Below are positions 1 through 7,459 of a DNA stretch of 61,762 nucleotides, piece after piece. The DNA lies in NCBI GenBank assembly GCA_902761275.1, contig CACWJS010000018.1:1-61762 (forward strand). The letters are read 5' to 3'. The notes below the pieces were generated by a model. It did no database searches. It saw nothing but the letters and a program-made list of their open reading frames with translations, and was not told where the DNA came from. The stretch is from an uncultured bacterium (GTDB taxonomy: Bacteria; Verrucomicrobiota; Kiritimatiellia; RFP12; UBA1067). Within the stretch, counting starts at the first letter, position 1. Each line of letters begins with the position of its first letter. The position numbers and the translations under genes are program-made.

Positions 1-1
1 G

Positions 2-406
2 AAGCCCGTCTACACCGAGGAGAAGTACGTGGTCGAATTCCGCACCAGGCCGGCGGCCCTTGTAAAGGCTGTCAACGCCCTTGCGACATGCGAGCGGTTC
101 ATTGTCGTCGAGGCGCTTGATTTCTCCAGAGAGGGGGACACAATCGGCAAGGCCCTCGGCGAGGGAGACAAGAGGGGTGCAGTTGCCGAGCAGCAGTCCT
201 CTCGTCCGCGGCGGAGGCGCCGCGGCGCGGCCGAGGCGGAGTTCGGGGCCGATGCCGCCGAGCAGGAGGGCGGCGCCGCGAATGCGGACAAGGGCATTGT
301 CAACGATCCTGCGAAGGAGGATCCGTTCCTCGTCCGCGCAAGCATCGCAACATATGATTTCGGATCGGCTGTGAAGGCGGCCGCAGGCGAGGCCGAGTGT
401 CGCGGG
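2..406 (+). CDS. partial CDS (C-terminal part of a protein upstream of the secretin locus); 3' end unresolved
   Basis: Frame 2 is open from the window edge. KPVYTEEKYVVEFRTRPAALVKAVNALATCERFIVVEALDF...PFLVRASIATYDFGSAVKAAAGEAE has normal protein composition up to about nt 400. After that the same frame turns into Arg/Gly-rich nonsense and only stops at 715, while frame 3 becomes coding. The end coordinate is approximate. Confidence 0.4.
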
Positions 407-407
407 C

Positions 408-1403
408 GTGGCGCTCTTCGTAATGACGGGCGGCGGCGATCCGGACGAAAACGCGGCGGCGGTCGTCAGCCGCCTCAAGTCCGCGAAGAAGGCCGATACA
501 GGCGTCAAGCCCGTGGACATGACGCCATACGAACGTGCGCTCCAGTTTGCCGTCAAGCCGCCGACAATTGCCGACGTCGCGGACGATGGCGGCAACTTCC
601 TCGTTTCCGAGCGGCGCGTCTTTTGCCAGGTGTGCAAGAAGCCGATCAAGGACGGCACGAAGGTGTGCCCGCTCTGCGGCGAGGCCCAGCCCGAGCCCGA
701 GAAGGTCGTGGTTGACTCCGACGGCGACGGGCTGCCCGACGACTGGGAGAAGAAGTACGGTCTCGATGTGGCGCGGAACGACGCAGACGAGGACAAGGAC
801 GGCGACGGTTTCACGAACGCCGAGGAGTTCGCGGCTGGTACTGACCCCGCGGACAAGCTTTCGCACCCCGACTACTTCGATTCGCTTAAAGTGGTGCTCC
901 CGCTGAAGGAGACGGTGCTTCCGTTCTACCTGCGTTCGTACATGAAGACCCCGAACGGCATGAAGCTCGAGTTCTTCGATCCGAAGCGGCGCAACGACTA
1001 CGGGAAGAACGGCTATCGCTACTCCGTGTTCGTAGGCGAGGCGATTGGCGACACGGGATTCACGGCCAAGTCGTTCGAGCAGAAGGAGAAGAAGCAGAAG
1101 ATCAAGGGCTCTAACGTGGAGCGCACCGTTGATGTCTCCGCCGTGACGATCGTGCGCAAGGAGGACAGCAAGGAGCTTGTCCTCGCGCTTGACGAAAAAC
1201 GCAAGCCCGTCGACGTGAAGGCGACACTCGAATTCAGCCGCGGCGAGACGAAGACCTTCGAAGTTCGTGCTGGCGAAACGATCGATTTGTACGGAAGCAA
1301 GTACAAGATTGTGGAAGTGAAAAGCGTCGGAAAGGGCGCAAAAGTCACCCTCGAAGATTCGCTTCGCGGAAAAATTCGTACAGTTGAAGCCCTTGAACAG
1401 TAA
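408..1403 (+). CDS. zinc-ribbon plus thrombospondin-type-3-like Ca-binding repeat protein; probable pilus/secretin accessory protein (same position as Amuc_1099 in the Akkermansia pilus-like locus)
   Basis: ORF with a GTG at 408 or an ATG at 423. It has a CxxC-x10-CxxC ribbon (CQVCKKPIKDGTKVCPLCG), acidic DxDxDG loops (DSDGDGLPDD, DEDKDGDGFTN) and a beta-rich C-terminal half. It lies directly upstream of a secretin gene. The family assignment is from memory of locus architecture only. Confidence 0.6.
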   Translation: MALFVMTGGGDPDENAAAVVSRLKSAKKADTGVKPVDMTPYERALQFAVKPPTIADVADDGGNFLVSERRVFCQVCKKPIKDGTKVCPLCGEAQPEPEKVVVDSDGDGLPDDWEKKYGLDVARNDADEDKDGDGFTNAEEFAAGTDPADKLSHPDYFDSLKVVLPLKETVLPFYLRSYMKTPNGMKLEFFDPKRRNDYGKNGYRYSVFVGEAIGDTGFTAKSFEQKEKKQKIKGSNVERTVDVSAVTIVRKEDSKELVLALDEKRKPVDVKATLEFSRGETKTFEVRAGETIDLYGSKYKIVEVKSVGKGAKVTLEDSLRGKIRTVEALEQ

Positions 1404-1415
1404 AGAGAATTAAGA

Positions 1416-1421
1416 TATAAT
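1416..1421 (+). promoter_or_regulatory. -10 box TATAAT, 5 nt upstream of the secretin ATG (leaderless-type arrangement)
   Basis: The sequence reads gaTATAATacacaATG. There is no Shine-Dalgarno sequence in between. Confidence 0.4.
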
Positions 1422-1426
1422 ACACA

Positions 1427-4400
1427 ATGCAACTCATTAGGAGCAAGTTCGATATGACGAACCTAAGGAAATATGTCGCGCTGACGGCGGTCGTCGCTTT
1501 CATTGCGCTCGCACAGAGCATGAATGCTCAGGATGACCTTGACGACCTGTTGGCCGATCTCGAGGGTGAAACCCCCGCGGCCAAGCCAGCGGCTCAAGAG
1601 CCCGCTGCCGAGGAACCCGCGCCAGCGGCTGAGGAGCCTGCTCCTGCGCCTGCTGCCGAGGAGCCCGCAGCCGAGGAACCTGCAGCCGAGGAGCCGGCGG
1701 TGGAAGAACCTGCAGCCGAAGAGCCGGCGGCGGAAGAGCCCGCAGCCGAGGAACCTGCTGCCGAAGAACCCGCGGCCGAAGAGCCTGCAGCCGAGGAACC
1801 CGCGGCCGAAGAGCCTGCAGCCGAGGAACCCGCGGCAGAGGAACCTGCTGCCGAAGAGCCCGCGGCGGAGGAGCCCGCAGCCGAGGAACCTGCTGCTGAG
1901 GAGCCTGCGCCCGTGGCAGAGGAGCCCGCAGGCAAGAAGGTTGATGACGCGCTTGGTCTCCTTGACGAGCTTGCCGGCGAAGAGGCTGACAAGACCGAGA
2001 CATCCACGGAGCAAGTAGCTGAGACTCCTGCGCCTGCTGCCGAAGAGCCCGCTGTCGCGAAGACTGCCAAGGCCGCCGATAGGAAGGATGGCAAGCTCAT
2101 CGACGAGATTCTGACGACCGAGAGACTGCGCCGCGAGGCGATGGACGTACAGGCAATGCGCGAAATCCGCGAGGCGAAGGAAGCAATGGCAAGCGGCGAG
2201 TATGTCGAAGCCGTTCGCCACTACGGCATCGCGGTCAAGCTCCTCAATGACAGCCCCACGGCGATGCGCTACAAGAGCGAGTGCACCGAAGGCATTGCCG
2301 AAGGCCTTTACAGGGCCGCAATCGAGGAAGAGCGCACTGGGCGTCGCGCACGCGCGATCAAGTATATGGAGAAGGCCGTTGACCTTCGCCACCCGAAAGC
2401 GCGCCGCCAGCTCGAGGCGTGGAACAATGCAGACGACCCTGACGCCCACAAGACGGATGTCTCTGAAATTCAGCACCGCCGCAACGATGCCGACTACAAG
2501 CAGCGCCGCGAGAACGAGCGCCGCCACTTGAAGCGCGCAAAGCAGCTTCTTGCCCAGCGCGAGATCGATCGTGCCCTTGACGAATGCGAACTCGTTCTCG
2601 ACAAGAATCCCTACAATCAGGAGGCCATCCGTCTCCGGGACTCCATCGTTCGCAAGAGCGACGTCATCCTCAGGCAGGAACGGGAGGTTGCGCGCAAGAA
2701 GTGGATGGCCGATGTCGACAAGGCGTGGCGTCCTCCCTACGCAACCGATGCCACCGGCCGCGAAGAGGAAAAAGGAGCTACGATCAAGACGAAGCCCGAC
2801 GCCAACAGCGAGCGCACGGTTGAGCAGACCATCATCCAGCGAATGAAGGAAATGCGCCTCCCTGCGATTTCGTTCAAGCCGCCGGCTACGATCATCGACG
2901 CCGTTGAGTACTTCCGCGGTGCGTCCAAGGACTTCGATCGTCCGGAGATTCCGCTTGAGCAGCGCGGCTTCAACTTTGTCCTCAAGACGCCTGAGGCCGT
3001 CCGTATGAAAGAGGCCGCGGCGGCGAGCGATGATGCCGACGACTTCTCCGACACCGGTTCCGACGACGGCGCTGCGGGTGGCGGTCCTATCGGCGTGCCG
3101 GTGATTCCGATGATCACGGCGAGCGACATCTCCTTCTACGATGCGCTGAAGCTCGTCTGCGAGTCCGTCGAGTACAAGTTCCTGGTGCAGGGCCCGATCG
3201 TCATGGTCATGCACAAGGACATGTCGGCCGAAGAGCTCGTCACGCGCTCGTTCCCTGTTCTTTCGTCCTTCACCGAGAAGATGGGCAGCGCCAAGGAAGA
3301 CATCACGACGATGCGTGCCAGTGGCAACGGCTTCGGCGGCAGTTCGCGCAAGAGCGATGAAGGCGAGGAGAACGAGGAGCGCGATTGGAAGGAGTTCTTC
3401 TCGCTCCTTGGCGTCAAGTGGCCAGAGGGCAGCTCGATCTTCTACGTAAAGACGGTCGGCCGCCTCTTCGTCAAGAACACCCAGGACAACCTCGCGGAGT
3501 TCGAGAACGTCCTTGCCCAGCTCAACCAGCAGGTCACGCTCGTCGAGATCGAGACGAGGTTCGTCGAGGTTTGCCAGGATGACCTTAACTCGCTCGGCTT
3601 CGAGTGGATTCTTAACAGCGACTACTCTATCGGTCTCAACAAGCACCTTGCCAAGGCGCTCGGCGTCCGCGGCGGAACATGGGGCGACAGGGGTTCGAAC
3701 GACAGCAACTCGCACAGCTTCAAGTCCTCTTCGTCCTACACCGGCTCCGGAACATACAATGCGTCTGGCGCGAACGGTTCTTCTTCTTCCAGCGAGTATA
3801 CTGTAGATTCGCTGACGCAGAATGGCGGCACCCCCAGCAAGCTGACCAGCAATAGGATTATAACTTCAGACACCGCTTCGTCGCTGCTAAGCTCTGGGTT
3901 CTCAGGAAGTGGGCAAAACAGCTTTTCGCGGTCTGACGCGAGAAGTCGCACGACATACGATCGCTCTACTGGCGCAGACTGGATTTCGAATCGCGGTGGT
4001 AGGCGCAATGCGGGCGTAGGTGCCATTCAAGGTGTGAACGACTTTAGCGACACGGCAAACATGAGCGGCGTCTATTCGACTGGCCAGCGCTATCTTTCGA
4101 CGCTGAACAACCATATCTCTGGGCAGAGCAACGCATATAATGACCAGTTCATGAGGTTGAACGCATTCCTCGGTTCGGCCGACCTTTCGATGATCCTCCA
4201 CATGCTCTCGCAGAGGAGCGATACCGACCTCCTATCCGCGCCGAAGGTGCTTACGCGCCCTGGCGAAGAGGCCGTCATGAAGGTCGTTACCGAGTTCATC
4301 TACCCGACCGACTACGATGTGCAGCTGCAGTCGAGCTCTTCGGGCAGCAGCGGCAGCTATGGCGGCGGCAGTCAGTCCGCGATTCTCGCAGTCGTCGAGC

Positions 4401-5068
4401 CGCAGAGCTTCACGATGCGCGAAGTCGGCGTTATCTTGCAGGTCACTCCGTCCTTGACCGACGACGGCAACGTCGTTGACCTTGAGCTCAACACGCAAGT
4501 CGTCGACGAGCCGACCTGGAAGAACTACGGCATGAGGATTCCGTTCACTGGCAACTCTTCCCAGATGCAGAACTTCTTGGGCATAGGTGATATTCTCACT
4601 GGTCTCGCCGAGGTTCTCACGTCGATTGGTTCGGGACTGTCCGCCGATATGCAGACCGACCTCGCCGGGCGCGCGAGCGATGCGGCCTACAGGGCACTCG
4701 ACAACCTCACGACAGCTGGCAACGAGAATATGACCTACTACGATGTCCCGATGGAACAGCCGTTCTTCCACGTCCGTTCCGTTGACTCGAAGGTTTCCGT
4801 CTACCCTGGTGCGACAATCGTCATGGGCGGTCTCATCACCGAGGCCCGCAAGGCGATAGACGACAAGATTCCGTTCCTTGGCGACATCCCGTTCATTGGC
4901 CGCCTCTTCCGCAGCCATTCCGAGCAGACGTCCAAGCGCAACCTCCTCATCTTTGTCACGACGCGCATTGTCGATGGACGTGGGCGTGAGATGCACAAGG
5001 ATGGCCTTGATCTTGCCGATCAGGGCGGCGACGACGCAAAGCCCGCGCCCGAAGCGCCAGCTAACTAA
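1427..5068 (+). CDS. secretin-family outer-membrane channel (type II/III secretion system secretin domain; PilQ/GspD-like, Amuc_1098-like) with a long N-terminal extension
   Basis: 1213-aa ORF with a signal-like N-terminus (MTNLRKYVALTAVVAFIALAQS). The C-terminal secretin signature is VSVYPGATIVMGGLITEARKAIDDKIPFLGDIPFIGRLFRSHSEQTSKRNLLIFVTTRIV. It also has a (PAAEE)n acidic array, a TPR-like helical region (EYVEAVRHYGIAVKLLNDSP...) and a Ser/Gly-rich insert. Confidence 0.85.
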   Translation: MQLIRSKFDMTNLRKYVALTAVVAFIALAQSMNAQDDLDDLLADLEGETPAAKPAAQEPAAEEPAPAAEEPAPAPAAEEPAAEEPAAEEPAVEEPAAEEPAAEEPAAEEPAAEEPAAEEPAAEEPAAEEPAAEEPAAEEPAAEEPAAEEPAAEEPAAEEPAPVAEEPAGKKVDDALGLLDELAGEEADKTETSTEQVAETPAPAAEEPAVAKTAKAADRKDGKLIDEILTTERLRREAMDVQAMREIREAKEAMASGEYVEAVRHYGIAVKLLNDSPTAMRYKSECTEGIAEGLYRAAIEEERTGRRARAIKYMEKAVDLRHPKARRQLEAWNNADDPDAHKTDVSEIQHRRNDADYKQRRENERRHLKRAKQLLAQREIDRALDECELVLDKNPYNQEAIRLRDSIVRKSDVILRQEREVARKKWMADVDKAWRPPYATDATGREEEKGATIKTKPDANSERTVEQTIIQRMKEMRLPAISFKPPATIIDAVEYFRGASKDFDRPEIPLEQRGFNFVLKTPEAVRMKEAAAASDDADDFSDTGSDDGAAGGGPIGVPVIPMITASDISFYDALKLVCESVEYKFLVQGPIVMVMHKDMSAEELVTRSFPVLSSFTEKMGSAKEDITTMRASGNGFGGSSRKSDEGEENEERDWKEFFSLLGVKWPEGSSIFYVKTVGRLFVKNTQDNLAEFENVLAQLNQQVTLVEIETRFVEVCQDDLNSLGFEWILNSDYSIGLNKHLAKALGVRGGTWGDRGSNDSNSHSFKSSSSYTGSGTYNASGANGSSSSSEYTVDSLTQNGGTPSKLTSNRIITSDTASSLLSSGFSGSGQNSFSRSDARSRTTYDRSTGADWISNRGGRRNAGVGAIQGVNDFSDTANMSGVYSTGQRYLSTLNNHISGQSNAYNDQFMRLNAFLGSADLSMILHMLSQRSDTDLLSAPKVLTRPGEEAVMKVVTEFIYPTDYDVQLQSSSSGSSGSYGGGSQSAILAVVEPQSFTMREVGVILQVTPSLTDDGNVVDLELNTQVVDEPTWKNYGMRIPFTGNSSQMQNFLGIGDILTGLAEVLTSIGSGLSADMQTDLAGRASDAAYRALDNLTTAGNENMTYYDVPMEQPFFHVRSVDSKVSVYPGATIVMGGLITEARKAIDDKIPFLGDIPFIGRLFRSHSEQTSKRNLLIFVTTRIVDGRGREMHKDGLDLADQGGDDAKPAPEAPAN
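1591..1930. repeat. 15-bp tandem repeat array encoding (PAAEE)n inside the secretin gene
   Basis: More than 20 units of gcc gcc gag gaa ccc type. They include an exact tandem 30-mer, gaacccgcggccgaagagcctgcagccgag, at 1766-1795 and 1796-1825. Confidence 0.9.
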
Positions 5069-5075
5069 AGGTAAA

Positions 5076-5672
5076 ATGAAAGTGGCACTAACAGGAGGGA
5101 TTGCCTGCGGCAAATCCCTCCTTTCCAAGTTTTTAAACGAACTTGGCGTCGAGACACTTGACGCCGATGATGTCGTGCATGAGCTTCTCCCCGACCCAGA
5201 AGAGCGTCGACGCATTGCCGCTGAGGTGTTTGCCGATCCCGAGAAACGTCGCGCCCTTGAGGCGAAGATACATCCAGTCGTCAAAGAGAGGATTGACCAG
5301 TGGTTTGAGGGGGCAGGAGTCAGAAGTTGGAGTTCAGAGTTGGAGTTGGAGGGTAGGGGTCAGGGGTCAGGAGTCAGTGGGGCGGGAGTAAAAATTGCTA
5401 TAATTCCGCTTTTATTCGAAGCACACTGGGAGAAAAATTTTGATATAATATGTTGCGTCGCTTCCACACGCGAGAACCAAGTAAAGCGTATGATGACGAC
5501 GAGGGGGATGACGCTTGCGGAGGCCGAGGCACGACTCGCAGCGCAGATGCCTGTCGAGGAAAAGGCCAGGCGTTCGCAGTATGTCATCCGAAACGACGGA
5601 ACAGCCGAGGAGCTCCGCGCAGAAGCGCAAAAGCTCGTCGCCTGGCTGAAAATCTCCAATTTCCAACTCTAA
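5076..5672 (+). CDS. coaE: dephospho-CoA kinase
   Basis: MKVALTGGIACGKS P-loop at the N-terminus, followed by IIPLLFE and a CoaE-like remainder. The ORF-track start at 4878 overlaps the secretin gene and is rejected. The gene contains an in-frame repeat insertion at 5316-5388. Confidence 0.85.
   Translation: MKVALTGGIACGKSLLSKFLNELGVETLDADDVVHELLPDPEERRRIAAEVFADPEKRRALEAKIHPVVKERIDQWFEGAGVRSWSSELELEGRGQGSGVSGAGVKIAIIPLLFEAHWEKNFDIICCVASTRENQVKRMMTTRGMTLAEAEARLAAQMPVEEKARRSQYVIRNDGTAEELRAEAQKLVAWLKISNFQL
5316..5388. repeat. reverse-orientation copy of the CTCCAA/TGACCCC repeat element, in frame inside coaE
   Basis: 5316-5351 is a 34/36 match to the reverse complement of the 36-mer at 5709-5744. 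GGGGTCA heptamers follow. The segment is translated as GVRSWSSELELEGRGQGSGVSGAG. Confidence 0.85.
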
Positions 5673-5838
5673 ACTCTAACTCCTGACCCCTGATCCCTGA
5701 CTCCTAAACTCCAACTCCAACTCTGAACTCCAACTACTGACCCCTGACCCCTAATTTCCACTCTCCAACTCCAACTCTGAACTCCAACTACTGACCCCTG
5801 ACCCCTAACCCCTGACCCCTAAACTCCAACTCCAACTC
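5654..5838. repeat. forward-orientation CTCCAA/TGACCCC repeat array filling the coaE 3' end and the whole coaE-rho spacer
   Basis: The exact 36-mer ctccaactccaactctgaactccaactactgacccc occurs at 5709-5744 and 5763-5798. Around it are CTCCAA hexamers and TGACCCC/TAACCCC heptamers. Confidence 0.9.
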
Positions 5839-5845
5839 AAGATTT

Positions 5846-7408
5846 ATGTCCGAAGAACTCGATGTGTTTGCGAGCGCCGTCACCAAGGGCGCCGCACCGA
5901 AGCCCCAGCAACCCCAGCCGCAGCAGCAGGCGGGCGGCAATAATGGCCAGAAAAAGCGGTTTCACAACCGCGGCGGCAAGAACTTCAACCGTGGCGGCGG
6001 CAAGCCGAACAATTCCCCGATTCGCGGCGCGAATGGCGAGGAGAGCGTAAACCCGCTTCTCAATGCCCCGCTCCCAACCGAACAGCGCGCGCAGGAGGCC
6101 GAAGTCCCCGCGAACCCGAACCGCAATCCCGATCTTCCCGAGTACCGTCTCGCCGACATCCAGACATGGCCAGCGCCGACGATTGTCGAACGCATGATGC
6201 CTGGTGCCGATCCCGAGGAACTTGGCACCTACCGCAAGCATGAGCTTATCTTTGCCGCGATCAGGATGTACCTCGCGAACGGCGGCGCCGTGCTCGCCTC
6301 TGGCTGCCTTGAGATTGTCCGCGAAGGACATGGCTTCTTGAGGTCCGCGAAGAACAACTTCCTCGCGTACCCTGAGGACGTCTTCGTCACGCAGCAGCAG
6401 ATTCGTCGCCATGCACTCAGGACGGGCGACATAGTAGAGGGCCCGATCCGCGACCCGCGCGATCGTGACCGCTTCTTCTGCCTTGGCAACGTCGCGACGG
6501 TAAATGGCAAGGAGCCGTCCGTCGCCGCGCGCGTCATCCACTTCGAGAACCTGACCGCGACCTTCCCGACGCGGCGCATAATCCTCGAGACCGATCCCAA
6601 GGAGTTTTCGACGCGCGTCGTCGACCTCTTCACGCCGATTGGCTTCGGCCAGCGCGGTCTCATCATCGCGCCGCCGCGCGTCGGCAAGACCGTTCTCCTT
6701 CAGAAGATGGCGAACGCGATTTCCAAGAACTATCCCGAGGCGATGCTCATCATCCTTCTCATCGACGAGCGCCCCGAGGAAGTCACCGACATGCAGCGCA
6801 ACACGAAGGCGATGGTGCTTTCGTCTACGTTCGACGAAGAGCCCCAGCACCACGTGAGCGTCACCGAGATGGTGCTTGAGATGTCGAAGCGCCAGGTCGA
6901 GAACGGCCGCGACGTAATCATCCTTATGGACTCGCTGACTCGTATGGCGCGCGCCTATAACACGGTACAGCCACACTCCGGCAAGATCCTCACAGGTGGC
7001 GTCGACGCGCTTGCGATGCATAGGCCAAAGAGGTTCTTCGGCGCGGCGCGCAACATCGAGGGCGGCGGCTCGCTTACGATCATCGCGACAGGCCTCGTCG
7101 ACACTGGCTCCAGGATGGACGAGGTCATCTTCGAGGAATTCAAGGGCACGGGCAACATGGAGATTGTCCTCGACCGTGGACTTGCAGACAAGCGCATCTA
7201 CCCCGCAATCGACATCGACAAGTCCGGGACGCGCAAGGAAGACCTGCTGCTCGACCCGATGGAGCTCGAGAAGACCTGGGGCATGCGCCGCATCCTTTCC
7301 GACGCCGGTCCCGAGAGCGCGATGAAGTCTGTCCTAAACTCGCTTAAGAAGACGCAGTCCAATCCCGAGTTCCTTCTTGCCCTTGACTTAAAGAACCTGG
7401 AGCGGTAA
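5846..7408 (+). CDS. rho: transcription termination factor Rho with a Q/N/G/R-rich N-terminal extension
   Basis: RecA-type ATPase core with [25 protein letters not shown] and [12 protein letters not shown]. There is an OB/RNA-binding part (GFLRS...[25 protein letters not shown]) and a Rho-like C-terminus. Confidence 0.95.
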   Translation: MSEELDVFASAVTKGAAPKPQQPQPQQQAGGNNGQKKRFHNRGGKNFNRGGGKPNNSPIRGANGEESVNPLLNAPLPTEQRAQEAEVPANPNRNPDLPEYRLADIQTWPAPTIVERMMPGADPEELGTYRKHELIFAAIRMYLANGGAVLASGCLEIVREGHGFLRSAKNNFLAYPEDVFVTQQQIRRHALRTGDIVEGPIRDPRDRDRFFCLGNVATVNGKEPSVAARVIHFENLTATFPTRRIILETDPKEFSTRVVDLFTPIGFGQRGLIIAPPRVGKTVLLQKMANAISKNYPEAMLIILLIDERPEEVTDMQRNTKAMVLSSTFDEEPQHHVSVTEMVLEMSKRQVENGRDVIILMDSLTRMARAYNTVQPHSGKILTGGVDALAMHRPKRFFGAARNIEGGGSLTIIATGLVDTGSRMDEVIFEEFKGTGNMEIVLDRGLADKRIYPAIDIDKSGTRKEDLLLDPMELEKTWGMRRILSDAGPESAMKSVLNSLKKTQSNPEFLLALDLKNLER

Positions 7409-7421
7409 AATAGTAGCAAAA

Positions 7422-7445
7422 CCGAAAGGGTCTAACCCTTTACGG
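7422..7445 (+). terminator. hairpin after rho (possible terminator or attenuator)
   Basis: ccgaaagggt-cta-accctttacgg forms a stem of about 10 bp with one bulge. No clear U-tract follows. Confidence 0.3.
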
Positions 7446-7459
7446 AAAGGAGGTTGACC

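Noticed and set aside
29-715. 228-aa frame-2 ORF extending 300 nt into the next gene.
   Set aside because: Only the first ~125 codons look like protein. The remainder (RGRGALRNDGRRRSGRKRGGGRQ...) is out-of-frame composition over the clearly coding frame 3. It is kept only as a partial CDS plus a frame-switch finding.
1463-3715. 750-aa ORF on the minus strand, antisense to the secretin gene. Similar long antisense ORFs occur at 5837-7021, 19952-20866, 20853-22076, 23066-24394, 27409-29208, 38835-40859 and 59891-61750.
   Set aside because: Each lies entirely opposite a + strand gene with clear conserved motifs. All are Arg/Leu/Gly/Asp-rich with no recognisable domains. This is typical shadow-ORF behaviour in high-GC DNA.
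4878-5075. N-terminal extension of the coaE ORF. Analogous upstream extensions occur at 43879-44127, 45165-45290, 48848-48895, 51576-52022, 59948-60070, 37168-37194 and 55065-55091.
   Set aside because: The extensions overlap the preceding gene in another frame and have nonsense composition. The conserved N-termini (P-loop, GFTLIE prepilin motif and others) begin at internal ATGs, which are often coupled to the upstream stop.
5654-5838. Possibility that the tandem arrays (this one plus 13549-13668, 36554-36614 and 42511-42604) are CRISPR arrays.
   Set aside because: The units are 6-8 bp, or about 54 bp composite, with no unique spacers of 25-40 bp between constant repeats. There are no cas genes, and several arrays lie inside ORFs and are translated.
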